Assembly: GCA_964429775.1 (NCBI GenBank)
Contig: CAYSDJ010000003.1
Location: forward strand, 75,129 to 139,128
Direction of reading: 5' to 3'
Length of the DNA: 64,000 nt
Source: an uncultured Rhizobiaceae bacterium
Lineage (GTDB): Bacteria; Pseudomonadota; Alphaproteobacteria; UBA828
Of the stretch, positions 46,542 to 56,999 are shown in pieces (within the stretch, counting starts at the first letter, position 1; each line of letters begins with the position of its first letter). The position numbers and the translations under genes are program-made. The notes under the pieces are model-generated. The model was given only the letters and a program-made list of their open reading frames with translations, was not told the DNA's origin and did not search any database.

Positions 46542-49500
46542 ATGCATCTTCTGGCAGCACAACCGGGCGGTATCGCCGATGGCGGCGAGGCGGTCGATCT
46601 CGGCCAGTCGCCCGGCGATATCGTCTTTGCTTCTGCTGCCGATACGGAGCTCGCCTGTTTCGCCCGCGCCCAAGCTTCTCTCGGCGAAGGGGCACCGAGC
46701 CTGCGTCTCGCCAATTTGATGAATCTCAGCCATAACCTGTCAGTCGATAACTGGCTCGAGGCGACCGTCTCCGGCGCTCGCCTGGTGATCATCCGCGTGC
46801 TTGGCGGCGAGAGCTACTGGCCCTACGGCGTCGAGCGCTTAACGCAATTGTGCCGCGACAAGGATATCGCGCTCGCCCTCCTGCCCGGCGATGACAAGCC
46901 CGATAGCGAACTGGCCCGGCGCGTTACCTTGCCGCCGGAAGCCTGCGAGCGCCTGTGGCGTTACTGCATCCATGGCGGCCTGGAAAATGCCAGCGAATGT
47001 TTGCGCTACGGTGCCCATCTAATCGGCATGCCCGCCGCGCGGGCCTGGCGCGAGCCGGCGCCGCTCGCCCGGGCGGGGCTCTACCGGCCTGGCGCCGGGC
47101 AAGTGGATTTGGACGAGATTGTTGCCGCGCGCACGCGTGAGAATCGCCCGCTCGCTTTGCTGCTGTTCTACCGCGCCCTGGTTCAGGCGGCGGATACAGC
47201 ACCTGTCGATGATTTGCTCGCCTCATTGGAAAGCCACGGGCTCGCCGCCGTGGCGCTGTTTGTTTCCAGCCTCAAGGACCCGCCCTCGGCACGCTTCGTC
47301 GAAACCGTACTCGACGCTGCCGGGCCCGACATCATCCTCAATGCCACTGGCTTTTCCGTCTCGCGCCCCGGCAGCGCGCAACCAAGCCCGCTTGACCGCT
47401 CCGGCGCGCCGATCCTGCAAGTGGTGTTCGCCGGCGGCACGGAGGCCGCCTGGGCGGCGGGCACGCGCGGCCTCTCGGCGCGCGATATCGCCATGAATGT
47501 CGCCCTGCCGGAAGTCGACGGAAGGATTCTCAGCCGCGCTGTCTCGTTCAAGAGCGAGCGCCGCTTCGATGCGGCGACGGAAAGCGGCATTGTCGCCCAC
47601 ACGCCGCGCGCCGACCGCATCGATTTCGTTGCCCGGCTGGCAAAAAACTGGGCCCGCCTGGCCCGTGCCGACATATCCGAGCGCCGCGTCTGCCTGGTGC
47701 TCGCCAACTATCCCAACAAGGATGGCCGCATCGGCAACGGCGTTGGTCTCGATACACCGGAAAGTGCGGCGCGTTTGCTGCTTGCTATGCAGGAAGAAGG
47801 TTACGGCGTCGATTCGCCGCCGGCCGACAGCGCCGCCCTGATGGCGGTGCTTCAGGCCGGGCCGACCAATGCGCATGGTTTGCGCCACAAGTGCGGCGCC
47901 GGCACGCGCTTTGGCCTGGACGAATATCTTGCTTACTTTGAGGGCCTCGACCCGGAGGCGCGCGCGCTGGTAAGCGCACGCTGGGGCGCGCCGGAGGATG
48001 ATCCATTCTTCCGCGCCGATGAAAATAAATTCGTTTTGCCGGTGTTGCAGCTCGGCAATGCGGCTTTGGCGATTCAGCCGGCGCGTGGCTACAACATCGA
48101 TCCCGCCCAAAGCTATCACGATCCCGACCTGCCGCCGCCGCACGGCTACCTTGCCTTTTATGCCTGGCTGCAGCGCCGCTTTGATGCTCATGCCGTGATT
48201 CACTTCGGCAAGCATGGCAATCTCGAATGGCTGCCAGGCAAGGCGCTGGCACTCTCCGCCGCCTGCTTCCCCGAAGCCGCGCTCGGGCCGCTGCCGCATA
48301 TCTATCCCTTTATCGTCAACGATCCGGGCGAAGGCAGCCAGGCCAAGCGGCGCAGTGCGGCGGTGATTATCGATCACCTGACGCCGCCGCTCACCCGGGC
48401 CGAAAGCTACGGCGCCTTGCGCGAGCTTGAAGCGCTGGTCGATGAATATTACGAGGCGAGCAATCTTGATCCGCGCCGCTGCGTGACTCTGGCCGAGAGC
48501 ATTTTGGAAATCGCGCGCAGCGAAGGTATCGATATCGATTGCGGCATCGCGCCGGGAGATGACAGCGCGAAGGCCTTGACCAAGCTCGACGCCTATATGT
48601 GCGAGCTCAAGGAAATGCAGATCAGAAACGGCCTGCATATTTTTGCCGAAGCACCGAAGGGTGCATTACGCGCGGATTTGTTGTTGGCATTGGCACGCAG
48701 CCCGCGCGGCGCGGCCGAGGGTGAAGCCTCGCTGACTCGGGCCTTGGCCAGCGATCTCGGCATGGCGTTCGACCCGCTCGATTGCGATATGGCGGCGCCA
48801 TGGCAGGGCGCCCGTCCGGATTGCCTGGAAAGCATAGATAACTGGCGTAGCCATGGTGACAGCGTTGAACGCCTGGAAGAGTTGGCAGGCGCTTTGATTG
48901 CCGGTGAGCGGGAGCCAGCACCGGAGTGGCGCGCCACTACCGCAGTATTGCAAGAGGTGTCAGAGCGCATCGCTCCGGCGCTCGATGCTTGCGGCTCAGG
49001 TGAAATGGCAGGCATCCAGCGGGCGCTTTCCGGCCGCTTTGTAAAGCCCGGACCGTCTGGTGCGCCGAGCCGGGGGCGGCCTGAGGTTCTTCCCACCGGG
49101 CGCAATTTCTATTCGCTCGATAGCCGTGCCGTGCCGACGCAAGCGGCCTGGCAATTGGGCTGGAAATCGGCCCAGCGCCTGGTTGAGTACCATGCCCAGC
49201 GCCATGGCGACTGGCCGCGTCACATGGCGCTCAGCGCCTGGGGCACGTCCAACATGCGCACCGGCGGCGACGATATCGCCCAGGCCCTGGCTCTCCTCGG
49301 CGTGCGGCCGCGCTGGGAGACCGCCAGCGGGCGGGTGGTCGGCTTCGAAGTTCTGCCGCTCTCTTTACTCGACCGGCCGCGCGTTGACGTCACCTTGCGC
49401 ATCTCCGGCTTTTTCCGCGATGCCTTTCCGGCGTTGATCGATCTTTTCGATTCGGCGGTGCGTGCCGTCGCGGCATTGGACGAGCCCGAAGCCGACAATC

Positions 49501-50300
49501 CGCTTGCTGCCGAAGTCGCGCGCGAGACGGCGGCTCTGGTTGCGGATGGGTCGTCCCCCGACGATGCGGCGCTGCGCGCCGGCTGGCGCGTGTTCGGCTC
49601 CAAGCCGGGCGCATACGGCGCCGGCCTGCAAGCCCTGATCGATGAAGGCGGCTGGGGCGCGCAGGCGGATCTGGCCGATGCCTATCTCGCCTGGGGCGGT
49701 TGGGCTTACGGTGCGGGAACGGAAGGTGTGGCAGGGCGGACCAGTTTTGAGCGCCGCCTCGGCGCCGTTGAAGCGGTGGTGCAGAATCAGGACAACCGCG
49801 AGCACGATCTTCTCGACAGCGACGATTATTACCAGTTCGAAGGCGGCTTGGCGGCGGCGGTAACCTCACTTTCGGGCCGCGCACCGGCGTCCTATCACAA
49901 TGATCATTCACTGCCGGAGAACCCCAAAATCCGCACGCTTGAAGATGAGATCGGCCGGGTGGTGCGGGCACGCGTGGTCAATCCCAAATGGCTCGCCGGT
50001 ATCATGCGGCACGGCTATAAGGGCGCCTTCGAGATGGCGGCGACGGTGGATTATCTGTTTGCCTTCGCGGCGACCACCGGCGCGGTCAAGGATCATCATT
50101 TCGATGCCGTGTTCGACGCCTATATCGCCGACGAAAAGATGCGTGGTTTCATGGCCGACGCAAATCCGGCGGCATTGGCGGAAATAGCGGCGCGGCTCAG
50201 GGAAGCTCTGGAGCGTGATCTCTGGAAACCGCGCTCGAACCGGGCACCCGGTCTGCTGGAGAGTTTGGCGGCAACAAATTATGGGGAGGCGGCGCAATGA
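46542..50300 (+). CDS. cobN: Cobaltochelatase subunit CobN
   Basis: A CobN/Mg-chelatase H-type protein of 1252 aa. Confidence 0.95.
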   Translation: MHLLAAQPGGIADGGEAVDLGQSPGDIVFASAADTELACFARAQASLGEGAPSLRLANLMNLSHNLSVDNWLEATVSGARLVIIRVLGGESYWPYGVERLTQLCRDKDIALALLPGDDKPDSELARRVTLPPEACERLWRYCIHGGLENASECLRYGAHLIGMPAARAWREPAPLARAGLYRPGAGQVDLDEIVAARTRENRPLALLLFYRALVQAADTAPVDDLLASLESHGLAAVALFVSSLKDPPSARFVETVLDAAGPDIILNATGFSVSRPGSAQPSPLDRSGAPILQVVFAGGTEAAWAAGTRGLSARDIAMNVALPEVDGRILSRAVSFKSERRFDAATESGIVAHTPRADRIDFVARLAKNWARLARADISERRVCLVLANYPNKDGRIGNGVGLDTPESAARLLLAMQEEGYGVDSPPADSAALMAVLQAGPTNAHGLRHKCGAGTRFGLDEYLAYFEGLDPEARALVSARWGAPEDDPFFRADENKFVLPVLQLGNAALAIQPARGYNIDPAQSYHDPDLPPPHGYLAFYAWLQRRFDAHAVIHFGKHGNLEWLPGKALALSAACFPEAALGPLPHIYPFIVNDPGEGSQAKRRSAAVIIDHLTPPLTRAESYGALRELEALVDEYYEASNLDPRRCVTLAESILEIARSEGIDIDCGIAPGDDSAKALTKLDAYMCELKEMQIRNGLHIFAEAPKGALRADLLLALARSPRGAAEGEASLTRALASDLGMAFDPLDCDMAAPWQGARPDCLESIDNWRSHGDSVERLEELAGALIAGEREPAPEWRATTAVLQEVSERIAPALDACGSGEMAGIQRALSGRFVKPGPSGAPSRGRPEVLPTGRNFYSLDSRAVPTQAAWQLGWKSAQRLVEYHAQRHGDWPRHMALSAWGTSNMRTGGDDIAQALALLGVRPRWETASGRVVGFEVLPLSLLDRPRVDVTLRISGFFRDAFPALIDLFDSAVRAVAALDEPEADNPLAAEVARETAALVADGSSPDDAALRAGWRVFGSKPGAYGAGLQALIDEGGWGAQADLADAYLAWGGWAYGAGTEGVAGRTSFERRLGAVEAVVQNQDNREHDLLDSDDYYQFEGGLAAAVTSLSGRAPASYHNDHSLPENPKIRTLEDEIGRVVRARVVNPKWLAGIMRHGYKGAFEMAATVDYLFAFAATTGAVKDHHFDAVFDAYIADEKMRGFMADANPAALAEIAARLREALERDLWKPRSNRAPGLLESLAATNYGEAAQ

Positions 50301-50923
50301 CGGCAAAGAAAGACATGACCGAGGCCGAGCGCGATCGCCATCACGCCGAGCGCATGGGCAAGCGCAAGGCGGCGCGCGACCGTATGCTGGCGACCAAGAC
50401 CGAGGAGAAGGGCCTGCTGATGGTCCATACCGGCAAGGGCAAGGGCAAATCGACGGCGGCATTTGGACTCGCGGTGCGGGCCATGGGCAACGATATGCGG
50501 GTCGGCGTGGTGCAATTCGTCAAAGGCAAATGGCAAACCGGCGAGCGCGCCATTCTCGAGCATTTCCCCGAGCGCGTGACGATTCGCACCATGGGCGAGG
50601 GCTTTACCTGGGATACCCAGGACCGTCAGCGCGATATCGCCGCCGCCAAGGCCGCCTGGCAGGCGGCTGAGGAGATGATGGCCGATGAGAGCTACGATCT
50701 AATAGTCCTCGACGAGCTTAATATCGTGCTGCGCTACGATTATCTGCCGCTGGCGGAAATCGTCGCGGCGCTCGAGGCGCGGCGTGACGGCCTGCACATT
50801 ATCGTCACCGGACGCAATGCCAAGCAAGAGCTGATCGAGGCCGCCGATATGGTGACCGAAATGACGGAGATCAAACATCACTTCAAGGCCGGCGTGAAAG
50901 CGCAGACCGGCATTGAATTTTGA
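50297..50923 (+). CDS. cobO: Cob(I)yrinic acid a,c-diamide adenosyltransferase
   Basis: Motif [14 protein letters not shown] of the CobO/BtuR family. Confidence 0.9.
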   Translation: MTAKKDMTEAERDRHHAERMGKRKAARDRMLATKTEEKGLLMVHTGKGKGKSTAAFGLAVRAMGNDMRVGVVQFVKGKWQTGERAILEHFPERVTIRTMGEGFTWDTQDRQRDIAAAKAAWQAAEEMMADESYDLIVLDELNIVLRYDYLPLAEIVAALEARRDGLHIIVTGRNAKQELIEAADMVTEMTEIKHHFKAGVKAQTGIEF

Positions 50924-50933
50924 GGAATTGATC

Positions 50934-52415
50934 GTGACGCGCACGGCATCTCTCATGCTCCAGGGCACCGGCTCTCATGTCGGCAAGTCGCTGCTCGTCG
51001 CCGGGCTGTGCCGTGCCTATGTTAATCGAGGTTTCAAAGTCCGCCCGTTTAAGGCGCAGAACATGTCGAACAATGCGGCGGTAACGGGGAGCGGCGCCGA
51101 GATCGGCCGCGCCCAGGCCTTGCAGGCGCGCGCCGCCGGGGTCGCGCCAAGTACGGACATGAACCCGGTACTGCTCAAGCCGGAAAGCGAGACCGGCGCC
51201 CAGGTGATCGTTCAGGGCAAGGTAAGCGGCCAGGCGGACGCGCGCGCTTATCATGAGCTAAAGCCGCGCCTCATTCCTGCCGTGCTGGAAAGCTTCGAAC
51301 GCCTTTCGGAGCAAGCCGATATTGTTCTGGTCGAGGGCGCGGGCAGCCCGGCGGAGGTCAATTTGCGCCACGGTGATATCGCCAATATGGGCTTTGCACT
51401 CGCCGCCCGGGTGCCGGTAGTTCTGATCGGCGATATCGAACGCGGCGGCGTTATCGCCAGCTTGATCGGCACCGCGCATTTGCTCGAAGCGGCGGAGCGC
51501 GCCCTGATCAAGGGTTGCGTGGTTAATAAATTCCGCGGTGATCCGAGCCTGTTCGACGATGCCATTCCGGTGATCGAACAGGGCCTCGGCGCGCCTTGTC
51601 TCGGCGTTGTACCGTATTTTGCCAAGGCCGGTCTGTTGCCGGCGGAGGATGCGGTCAGCCTCGATGGCGCCGGAACGAGCCTCGCGCCTGGCGGCGAGCG
51701 GGCAATTCGCATCGTCGTGCCGCGCCTGCCGCGCATCGCCAATTTTGACGATCTCGATCCACTGCGCGCCGAGCCGGATGTCGATCTGGTCATTGTCGAG
51801 CCGGGCCGGGCGCTGCCGGGAAATGCCGATCTGGTGTTGCTGCCGGGCTCGAAATCGACGCGCGCCGACCTGGCCGAGCTCCGCACGCAGGGCTGGGATA
51901 TCGATATCCAGGCCCATCTCCGGCGCGGCGGCAGCGTGCTTGGCCTGTGCGGCGGCTATCAAATGCTCGGCCACAAGATCGCCGACCCAGGTGGCGTCGA
52001 AGGTGTTGCCGGAGTCTCCGAGGGGCTTGGCCTGCTAGATGTGGAAACGCTGCTAAACGATGACAAGCGCCTCGAAGCGGTGAACGGGCGCGAACTGGCG
52101 AGCGGTGAAGAAGTGCGCGGCTATGAAATGCATATGGGCACGACCGAAGGGCCGGACGCAGCGCGGCCGATGCTCGAACTCGGCCATGGCCGCGAAGGCG
52201 CCTGCTCCGCCGATGGCAAAATCTCCGGCAGCTATGTCCATGGCCTGTTCGCTGCCGATGAGTTCCGCCACGCCTTTCTCAGCCGCCTCGCCGCGCGGGG
52301 GCGGTCGCCCCTGTTCTGGGAAGCCAGTATTGATAGCACCCTCGACGCACTGGCCCGGCATCTCGAAGAAGCGCTCGATCTCGACCGGATGTTGGAGATC
52401 GCCCGTGCCGCGTAA
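50934..52415 (+). CDS. cobQ: Cobyric acid synthase
   Basis: Motif [13 protein letters not shown] and a C-terminal GATase domain. The GTG start has a GAGGA ribosome-binding site; an alternative ATG is at 50913. Confidence 0.9.
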   Translation: MTRTASLMLQGTGSHVGKSLLVAGLCRAYVNRGFKVRPFKAQNMSNNAAVTGSGAEIGRAQALQARAAGVAPSTDMNPVLLKPESETGAQVIVQGKVSGQADARAYHELKPRLIPAVLESFERLSEQADIVLVEGAGSPAEVNLRHGDIANMGFALAARVPVVLIGDIERGGVIASLIGTAHLLEAAERALIKGCVVNKFRGDPSLFDDAIPVIEQGLGAPCLGVVPYFAKAGLLPAEDAVSLDGAGTSLAPGGERAIRIVVPRLPRIANFDDLDPLRAEPDVDLVIVEPGRALPGNADLVLLPGSKSTRADLAELRTQGWDIDIQAHLRRGGSVLGLCGGYQMLGHKIADPGGVEGVAGVSEGLGLLDVETLLNDDKRLEAVNGRELASGEEVRGYEMHMGTTEGPDAARPMLELGHGREGACSADGKISGSYVHGLFAADEFRHAFLSRLAARGRSPLFWEASIDSTLDALARHLEEALDLDRMLEIARAA

Positions 52416-52422
52416 TTGCGCT

Positions 52423-53451
52423 TCAAAGCGCCTGCAGCAACAGGGCAATCAGCGCGACAAGCGCGCTGGCGAGAAAACAGGCGATGACAAACAGCGCCAG
52501 CATGCGGCGCATGTCCGCCACCGTCGCGCGCGCCCGCCCATCGCCGAGCCAGGCCGATTTGGTGACGCCGCCGGCATAGCGCACCGGGCCGATCAGGGCG
52601 AGATCGAGCGCACCGGCGCTCGCCGCTTCCGGCCAGCCGGCATTGGGCGAGACATGCTTGCCGGCATCGCGCAACATGGTGGCGAACGCCTTCCAGGGCC
52701 GGGCGCGTGGCACGAACAAGGCGGCGCAAACGATCAGCAGGCCGGCGAGGCGCGCCGGCAGCCAATTCAGCGCATCGTCGAGGCGCGCCGCCACCATACC
52801 GAAGGCAGCGTAGCGCTCGCTCTTGTGGCCGATCATGCTGTCCATGGTGTTGACCGCCTTATAGGCCGCGAGGCCGGGCAGGCCGAGCAGGAGATACCAC
52901 AAGACCGGCGCGACGACGCCGTCGGAATAGCTTTCGGCGCAGCTCTCGATGGCGGCACGGGCGACGCCATGTTCGTCGAGCTCCTTGGTTTCGCGCCCGA
53001 CGATGCGGGCGACCGCTCGGCGGCCCCCCGCCACGCCGTCCTTCTTGAGGGCGCGGATGACGCGAATCGTATGGCCGAGCATGCCGCGCTGGGCGATGAG
53101 CAGGCTCACCAGGGCCAGTTCCGCCACCCAACCATAGGGCAGGGTGCCGACATAATTGGCCACCGCCCAGCCCGCCACGGCGGAGAGCCCAACCACCGCA
53201 ACAACCGCCAACAGGCCGCGAATGACGCGCTCGCCGTCGCTGCGTTTGGCGCGGTTGAGACGGGCATCGAGAAAGGCGGTGAGATTTCCCATCCATCGCA
53301 CCGGATGGGGCAGCCAGCGCGGATCGCCGATCAGCCAATCCAATCCGAGGGCAAGCAGCAGCATGATAGCGCCGCCGGGCCCGGCGGCCCAATCGAGGCC
53401 GGCGAGCGCCGGCAATTGCCACACGCCCCAGATATCTTGCGCAAATTCCAT
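52423..53451 (-). CDS. cobD: Adenosylcobinamide-phosphate synthase CobD/CbiB
   Basis: A multi-TM CobD_Cbib family protein. Confidence 0.9.
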   Translation of the reverse strand: MEFAQDIWGVWQLPALAGLDWAAGPGGAIMLLLALGLDWLIGDPRWLPHPVRWMGNLTAFLDARLNRAKRSDGERVIRGLLAVVAVVGLSAVAGWAVANYVGTLPYGWVAELALVSLLIAQRGMLGHTIRVIRALKKDGVAGGRRAVARIVGRETKELDEHGVARAAIESCAESYSDGVVAPVLWYLLLGLPGLAAYKAVNTMDSMIGHKSERYAAFGMVAARLDDALNWLPARLAGLLIVCAALFVPRARPWKAFATMLRDAGKHVSPNAGWPEAASAGALDLALIGPVRYAGGVTKSAWLGDGRARATVADMRRMLALFVIACFLASALVALIALLLQAL

Positions 53452-53510
53452 GATTTGAGCATGGGTGCGTATAACCGAACCGTCAACGCAACAAAGAAAA
53501 GAGCAATATC

Positions 53511-54440
53511 ATGAACCAACCCGCCATTCTGTTATGCGGCCATGGCAGCCGCGATGTGGAGGCGATCACCGAGTTCGAGGCGTTGGCCGGCCATATTTCG
53601 CGCCACTTGCCGGAGCGCAAAGTGATGCATGGCTTTCTCGAATTTGCCCGCCCGACCATCGGCGAGCGGCTGGACGATCTCAGAAATGGCGGCGCCAACG
53701 ATATCCTCGCCGTGCCCGGCATGCTGTTCGCCGCCGGCCATGCCAAAAACGATATTCCCTCGGTCTTGAATGATTATGCCGCGAGCCATGACGGCTTCTC
53801 GATCCGCTATGGCCGCGAATTGGCGGTCGATATCAAATTGCTGGCGGCGGCACACGAACGCATCGCCGCCGCCGAGGCCGAAGCCGGCGACAAAATATCC
53901 CGTGCCGATACCATGCTGGTTGTCGTCGGGCGCGGCACCAATGATCCGGACGCCAACTCAAATGTTTCCAAGGTCGCCCGCATGTTGTGGGAAGGCATGG
54001 GCTTCGGCTGGACCGAGACCTGCTATTCCGGCGTTGCCCAGCCGCTTGTGGCAGACGCGCTTGAGCGTGTTGTGCGCCTCGGCTTCCGCCGCATCATCGT
54101 CTTCCCCTATTTTCTTTTCACCGGCATTCTGGTGAAGCGCATCTATAGTGCCGCTGATATTTTGGCCGAGGCCCACCCCGAGGTCGAGGTGATCAAGGCC
54201 AGCTATCTCAATGATCATCCCTTGGTGATCGATGCCTTTCTCGAACGCCTCGAGGAAATACCCGGCGGCGATAATCTGATGAATTGCCAGCTGTGCAAAT
54301 ACCGCGAGCAGATTATCGGCTACGAGAAGGACAAGGGCGCGGCGCAGGTTGGCCATCATCACCATGTCGAAGGCATCGGCACCGATGCCGATCATGGTCA
54401 TGGCCACCATCATCATCACGGCCATGATGACGATGCATAA
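53511..54440 (+). CDS. cbiX: Sirohydrochlorin cobaltochelatase, long form CbiXL (MxCxxC plus His-rich tail)
   Basis: Two CbiX halves are followed by MNCQLC and the tail HHHHVEGIGTDADHGHGHHHHHGHDDDA. Confidence 0.85.
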   Translation: MNQPAILLCGHGSRDVEAITEFEALAGHISRHLPERKVMHGFLEFARPTIGERLDDLRNGGANDILAVPGMLFAAGHAKNDIPSVLNDYAASHDGFSIRYGRELAVDIKLLAAAHERIAAAEAEAGDKISRADTMLVVVGRGTNDPDANSNVSKVARMLWEGMGFGWTETCYSGVAQPLVADALERVVRLGFRRIIVFPYFLFTGILVKRIYSAADILAEAHPEVEVIKASYLNDHPLVIDAFLERLEEIPGGDNLMNCQLCKYREQIIGYEKDKGAAQVGHHHHVEGIGTDADHGHGHHHHHGHDDDA

Positions 54441-55065
54441 TTATGAGCGCGATCCCAAGGAGATCACGCGGCAAAGCTTTGCCGCGATCCGGCGCGAGGC
54501 CGATTTCATCGGTATGCCGGAAGATATTGTGCCCATGGCGCTCCGGATGATCCATGCCTGCGGCATGGTCGATCTGCCCGCCGATCTCGCCTATTCAAAA
54601 AGTGCCGGTGCGGCGGGCCACGCCGCCTTGGCTGCCGGTGCGCCCGTCCTGTGCGATGTGGAGATGGTGGCGCGCGGCATCGCCGCCCGCCGCCTGCCGG
54701 CGGACAATAAAGTGATCTGCATGCTCGGCGAGGACGGTGTGGCGGAACGGTCGCGCGCCGCAGGAATGACTCGTTCGGCGGCGGCGGTCGAGCTTTGGCA
54801 GCCAATGTTGGCCGGCGCCATCATCGCCATCGGCAATGCGCCGACGGCGTTGTTTCGCCTGTTGGAGATATTTGCCGAGCAGGCATCTCGCCCGGCTCTG
54901 GTAATTGCCACGCCGCCCGGCTTTATCGGTGCGGCGGAATCAAAAGACGCGTTGATCGCAAACGAGTTCGATGTGCCTTATGTTGCGCTGCGTGGCCGGC
55001 GCGGCGGCAGCGCGCTCGCCGCCGCCGCCGTCAACGCCCTGGCATTGAGAGAGAAAGCGGCATGA
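54424..55065 (+). CDS. cobH: Precorrin-8X methylmutase
   Basis: A CobH/CbiC fold begins at MMTMHNYERDPKEITRQSF. The track ORF start at 54349 is an artefact of reading the cbiX His-codon repeats in another frame. Confidence 0.9.
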   Translation: MMTMHNYERDPKEITRQSFAAIRREADFIGMPEDIVPMALRMIHACGMVDLPADLAYSKSAGAAGHAALAAGAPVLCDVEMVARGIAARRLPADNKVICMLGEDGVAERSRAAGMTRSAAAVELWQPMLAGAIIAIGNAPTALFRLLEIFAEQASRPALVIATPPGFIGAAESKDALIANEFDVPYVALRGRRGGSALAAAAVNALALREKAA

Positions 55066-56276
55066 GCATCGAGACTCCCTGGCTGACCGTCATCGGCTTG
55101 GGCGAAGACGGCATCGAGGCCTTGCCGGCAACGGCCCGCGCCCTGATCGATAGCGCCGAGGTGCTGCTCGGCGGCAAGCGCCATCTCGCCATGATTCCCG
55201 AGAATGGCGCCATACGCCTGACCTGGCGCATTCCGCTGATTGACAGCATGGCCGATATCGAAGCGCATCGCGGCAAACGCGTTGTCGTCATGGCAACCGG
55301 CGATCCGATGCATTACGGCATCGCCGTCACTTTGGCGCGGCATTTTTCGCAGCATGAGATGCTGGTGTTGCCGAGCGCCGGGGCGCTCAGCCTGGCCTGC
55401 GCGCGCATGGGCTGGCCGGTGGCGAGCGTCGAATGCCTCACCCTGCATGGCCGGCCGTTGGAAACGCTGCGCGCCTATCTCGCGCCGGAGCACAAGCTGG
55501 TCATTCTCTCGCATGACGGCACAACGCCCGCGGCAGTGGCGGCGGAACTGTACGATGCCGGTTACGGCGCCAGTGAGATAACGGTGTTCGAGCATATGGG
55601 CGGCGACAAGGAGCGTCGCGTTGAGGGAAAGGCCGAGAGCTGGACCGAACAGGAAATCGCCGATCTCAACACCATCACCGTTTTTTGCCAGGGCGGCAGC
55701 CGGGCAAGGCGCTATTTCGGAGCGCCGGGCCTGCGCGACAAAACATTCGAGAATGACGGCCAACTGACCAAGCGCGAAATCCGCACTCTGACCCTTAGCT
55801 CTCTCGCGCCGTCGCCCGGCGCGCTCTTGTGGGACGTCGGTGCCGGTGCCGGCTCGGTGGCGATTGAATGGATGCTGGGAGCGCGCGGCGCCGAAGCGAT
55901 TGCCATTGAGCGTGATGCGGAACGCATCGCCCGCATCGCGCGCAACGCCGCATCGCTCGGCGTACCCGGCCTGAAGCCGGTGCATGGCGAAGCGCCCGAT
56001 GTAATGGAGCTGCTGCCCCAACCCAACGCCGTATTTATCGGCGGTGGCCTGGGTGTGCCGGGCATGGTCGAGACCTGCTGGGCCCGCCTCAAGCCGGGCG
56101 GGCGGCTGGTCGCCAATGCGGTTAGCCTGGAAAGCGAAGCCCTGCTGGCGCGCTGGCGCGACGAGCTTGGCGGCACCATGGTGCGCGTCAATATTTCACG
56201 CGCCAAGGGCGTCGGCGAGCGCCGCTTGTGGCGGCCGCTCACACCTGTGACACAGTGGGCGGCGATAAAGGATTAA
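55062..56276 (+). CDS. cobL: Precorrin-6Y C5,15-methyltransferase (decarboxylating)
   Basis: N-terminal CbiE-like and C-terminal CbiT-like methyltransferase domains. The ATG overlaps the cobH stop as ATGA. Confidence 0.9.
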   Translation: MSIETPWLTVIGLGEDGIEALPATARALIDSAEVLLGGKRHLAMIPENGAIRLTWRIPLIDSMADIEAHRGKRVVVMATGDPMHYGIAVTLARHFSQHEMLVLPSAGALSLACARMGWPVASVECLTLHGRPLETLRAYLAPEHKLVILSHDGTTPAAVAAELYDAGYGASEITVFEHMGGDKERRVEGKAESWTEQEIADLNTITVFCQGGSRARRYFGAPGLRDKTFENDGQLTKREIRTLTLSSLAPSPGALLWDVGAGAGSVAIEWMLGARGAEAIAIERDAERIARIARNAASLGVPGLKPVHGEAPDVMELLPQPNAVFIGGGLGVPGMVETCWARLKPGGRLVANAVSLESEALLARWRDELGGTMVRVNISRAKGVGERRLWRPLTPVTQWAAIKD

Positions 56277-56279
56277 GCG

Positions 56280-56999
56280 ATGAACAATAACAACTACGCG
56301 CCGGGCACGCTCTATGGCCTCGGCGTCGGTCCCGGCGATCCGGAACTCTTAACTCTGAAGGCACTTAGAATTTTGCGCGCCGCTCCGGTGCTGGCTTATC
56401 CGGCGCCGAGCGAAGGCGAGAGCCTGGCGCGCGCCATTTCCGCACCGCATCTGCCGGGCGGCCAGATCGAGATCGCCATCCGCATGCCGCTCGACGCCAA
56501 GCAGTTTCCGGCCGAAGATGTCTATGGTCCGGCGGCGCGTGAAATCGCCGAGCACCTGCAAGCCGGGCGCGATGTGGCGGCGCTGTGTGAGGGCGATCCG
56601 TTTTTCTACGGCTCCTTCATGTATCTGTTTGAGCGCTTGGCCGGCGACCACAAAATTGAAGTGGTGCCCGGCGTCTCTTCGCCGATGGCCTGCGCGGCGG
56701 CATTGGCGGCGCCGTTGGCGGCGCGCAACGATGTGCTTAGCGTTTTGCCGGCGCCCTTGGATGAGAACAGTTTGACGGCGCGGCTCGAAAATTGCGATGC
56801 GGCGGCAATCGTCAAGGTCGGGCGGCATATCGGCAAGGTGCGGCACATTTTACAGAGGCTCGATTTGGAAACGCGCGCGCGCTATATCGAGCGCGCCAGC
56901 CTGCCGGCGGAGCGTATCCTGCCGCTCTCACAGGCACCGGACCCGGCGCCCTATTTCTCCATGGTGTTGGTGCACCGGCGCGGTGAGGCATGGAAATGA
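56280..56999 (+). CDS. cobI: Precorrin-2 C20-methyltransferase
   Basis: Motif LYGLGVGPGDPELLT, the TP-methylase signature. Confidence 0.9.
   Translation: MNNNNYAPGTLYGLGVGPGDPELLTLKALRILRAAPVLAYPAPSEGESLARAISAPHLPGGQIEIAIRMPLDAKQFPAEDVYGPAAREIAEHLQAGRDVAALCEGDPFFYGSFMYLFERLAGDHKIEVVPGVSSPMACAAALAAPLAARNDVLSVLPAPLDENSLTARLENCDAAAIVKVGRHIGKVRHILQRLDLETRARYIERASLPAERILPLSQAPDPAPYFSMVLVHRRGEAWK

Noticed and set aside
47223-48638. 471-aa minus-strand ORF inside cobN
   Set aside because: It is antisense to cobN, and the same applies to the other long antisense ORFs in cobN, gmd, ggt and the oxidoreductase.
53452-53510. Second cobalamin riboswitch upstream of cbiX, cobA or cobS
   Set aside because: The intergenic regions are 50-110 bp and lack the B12 box or GCCACTG core.
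54349-54423. N-terminal extension MAIITMSKASAPMPIMVMATIIITAM of the cobH ORF
   Set aside because: It is an artefact of reading the CAT/CAC His-codon repeats of the cbiX tail in another frame. The real cobH start is ATG 54424/54427/54433.
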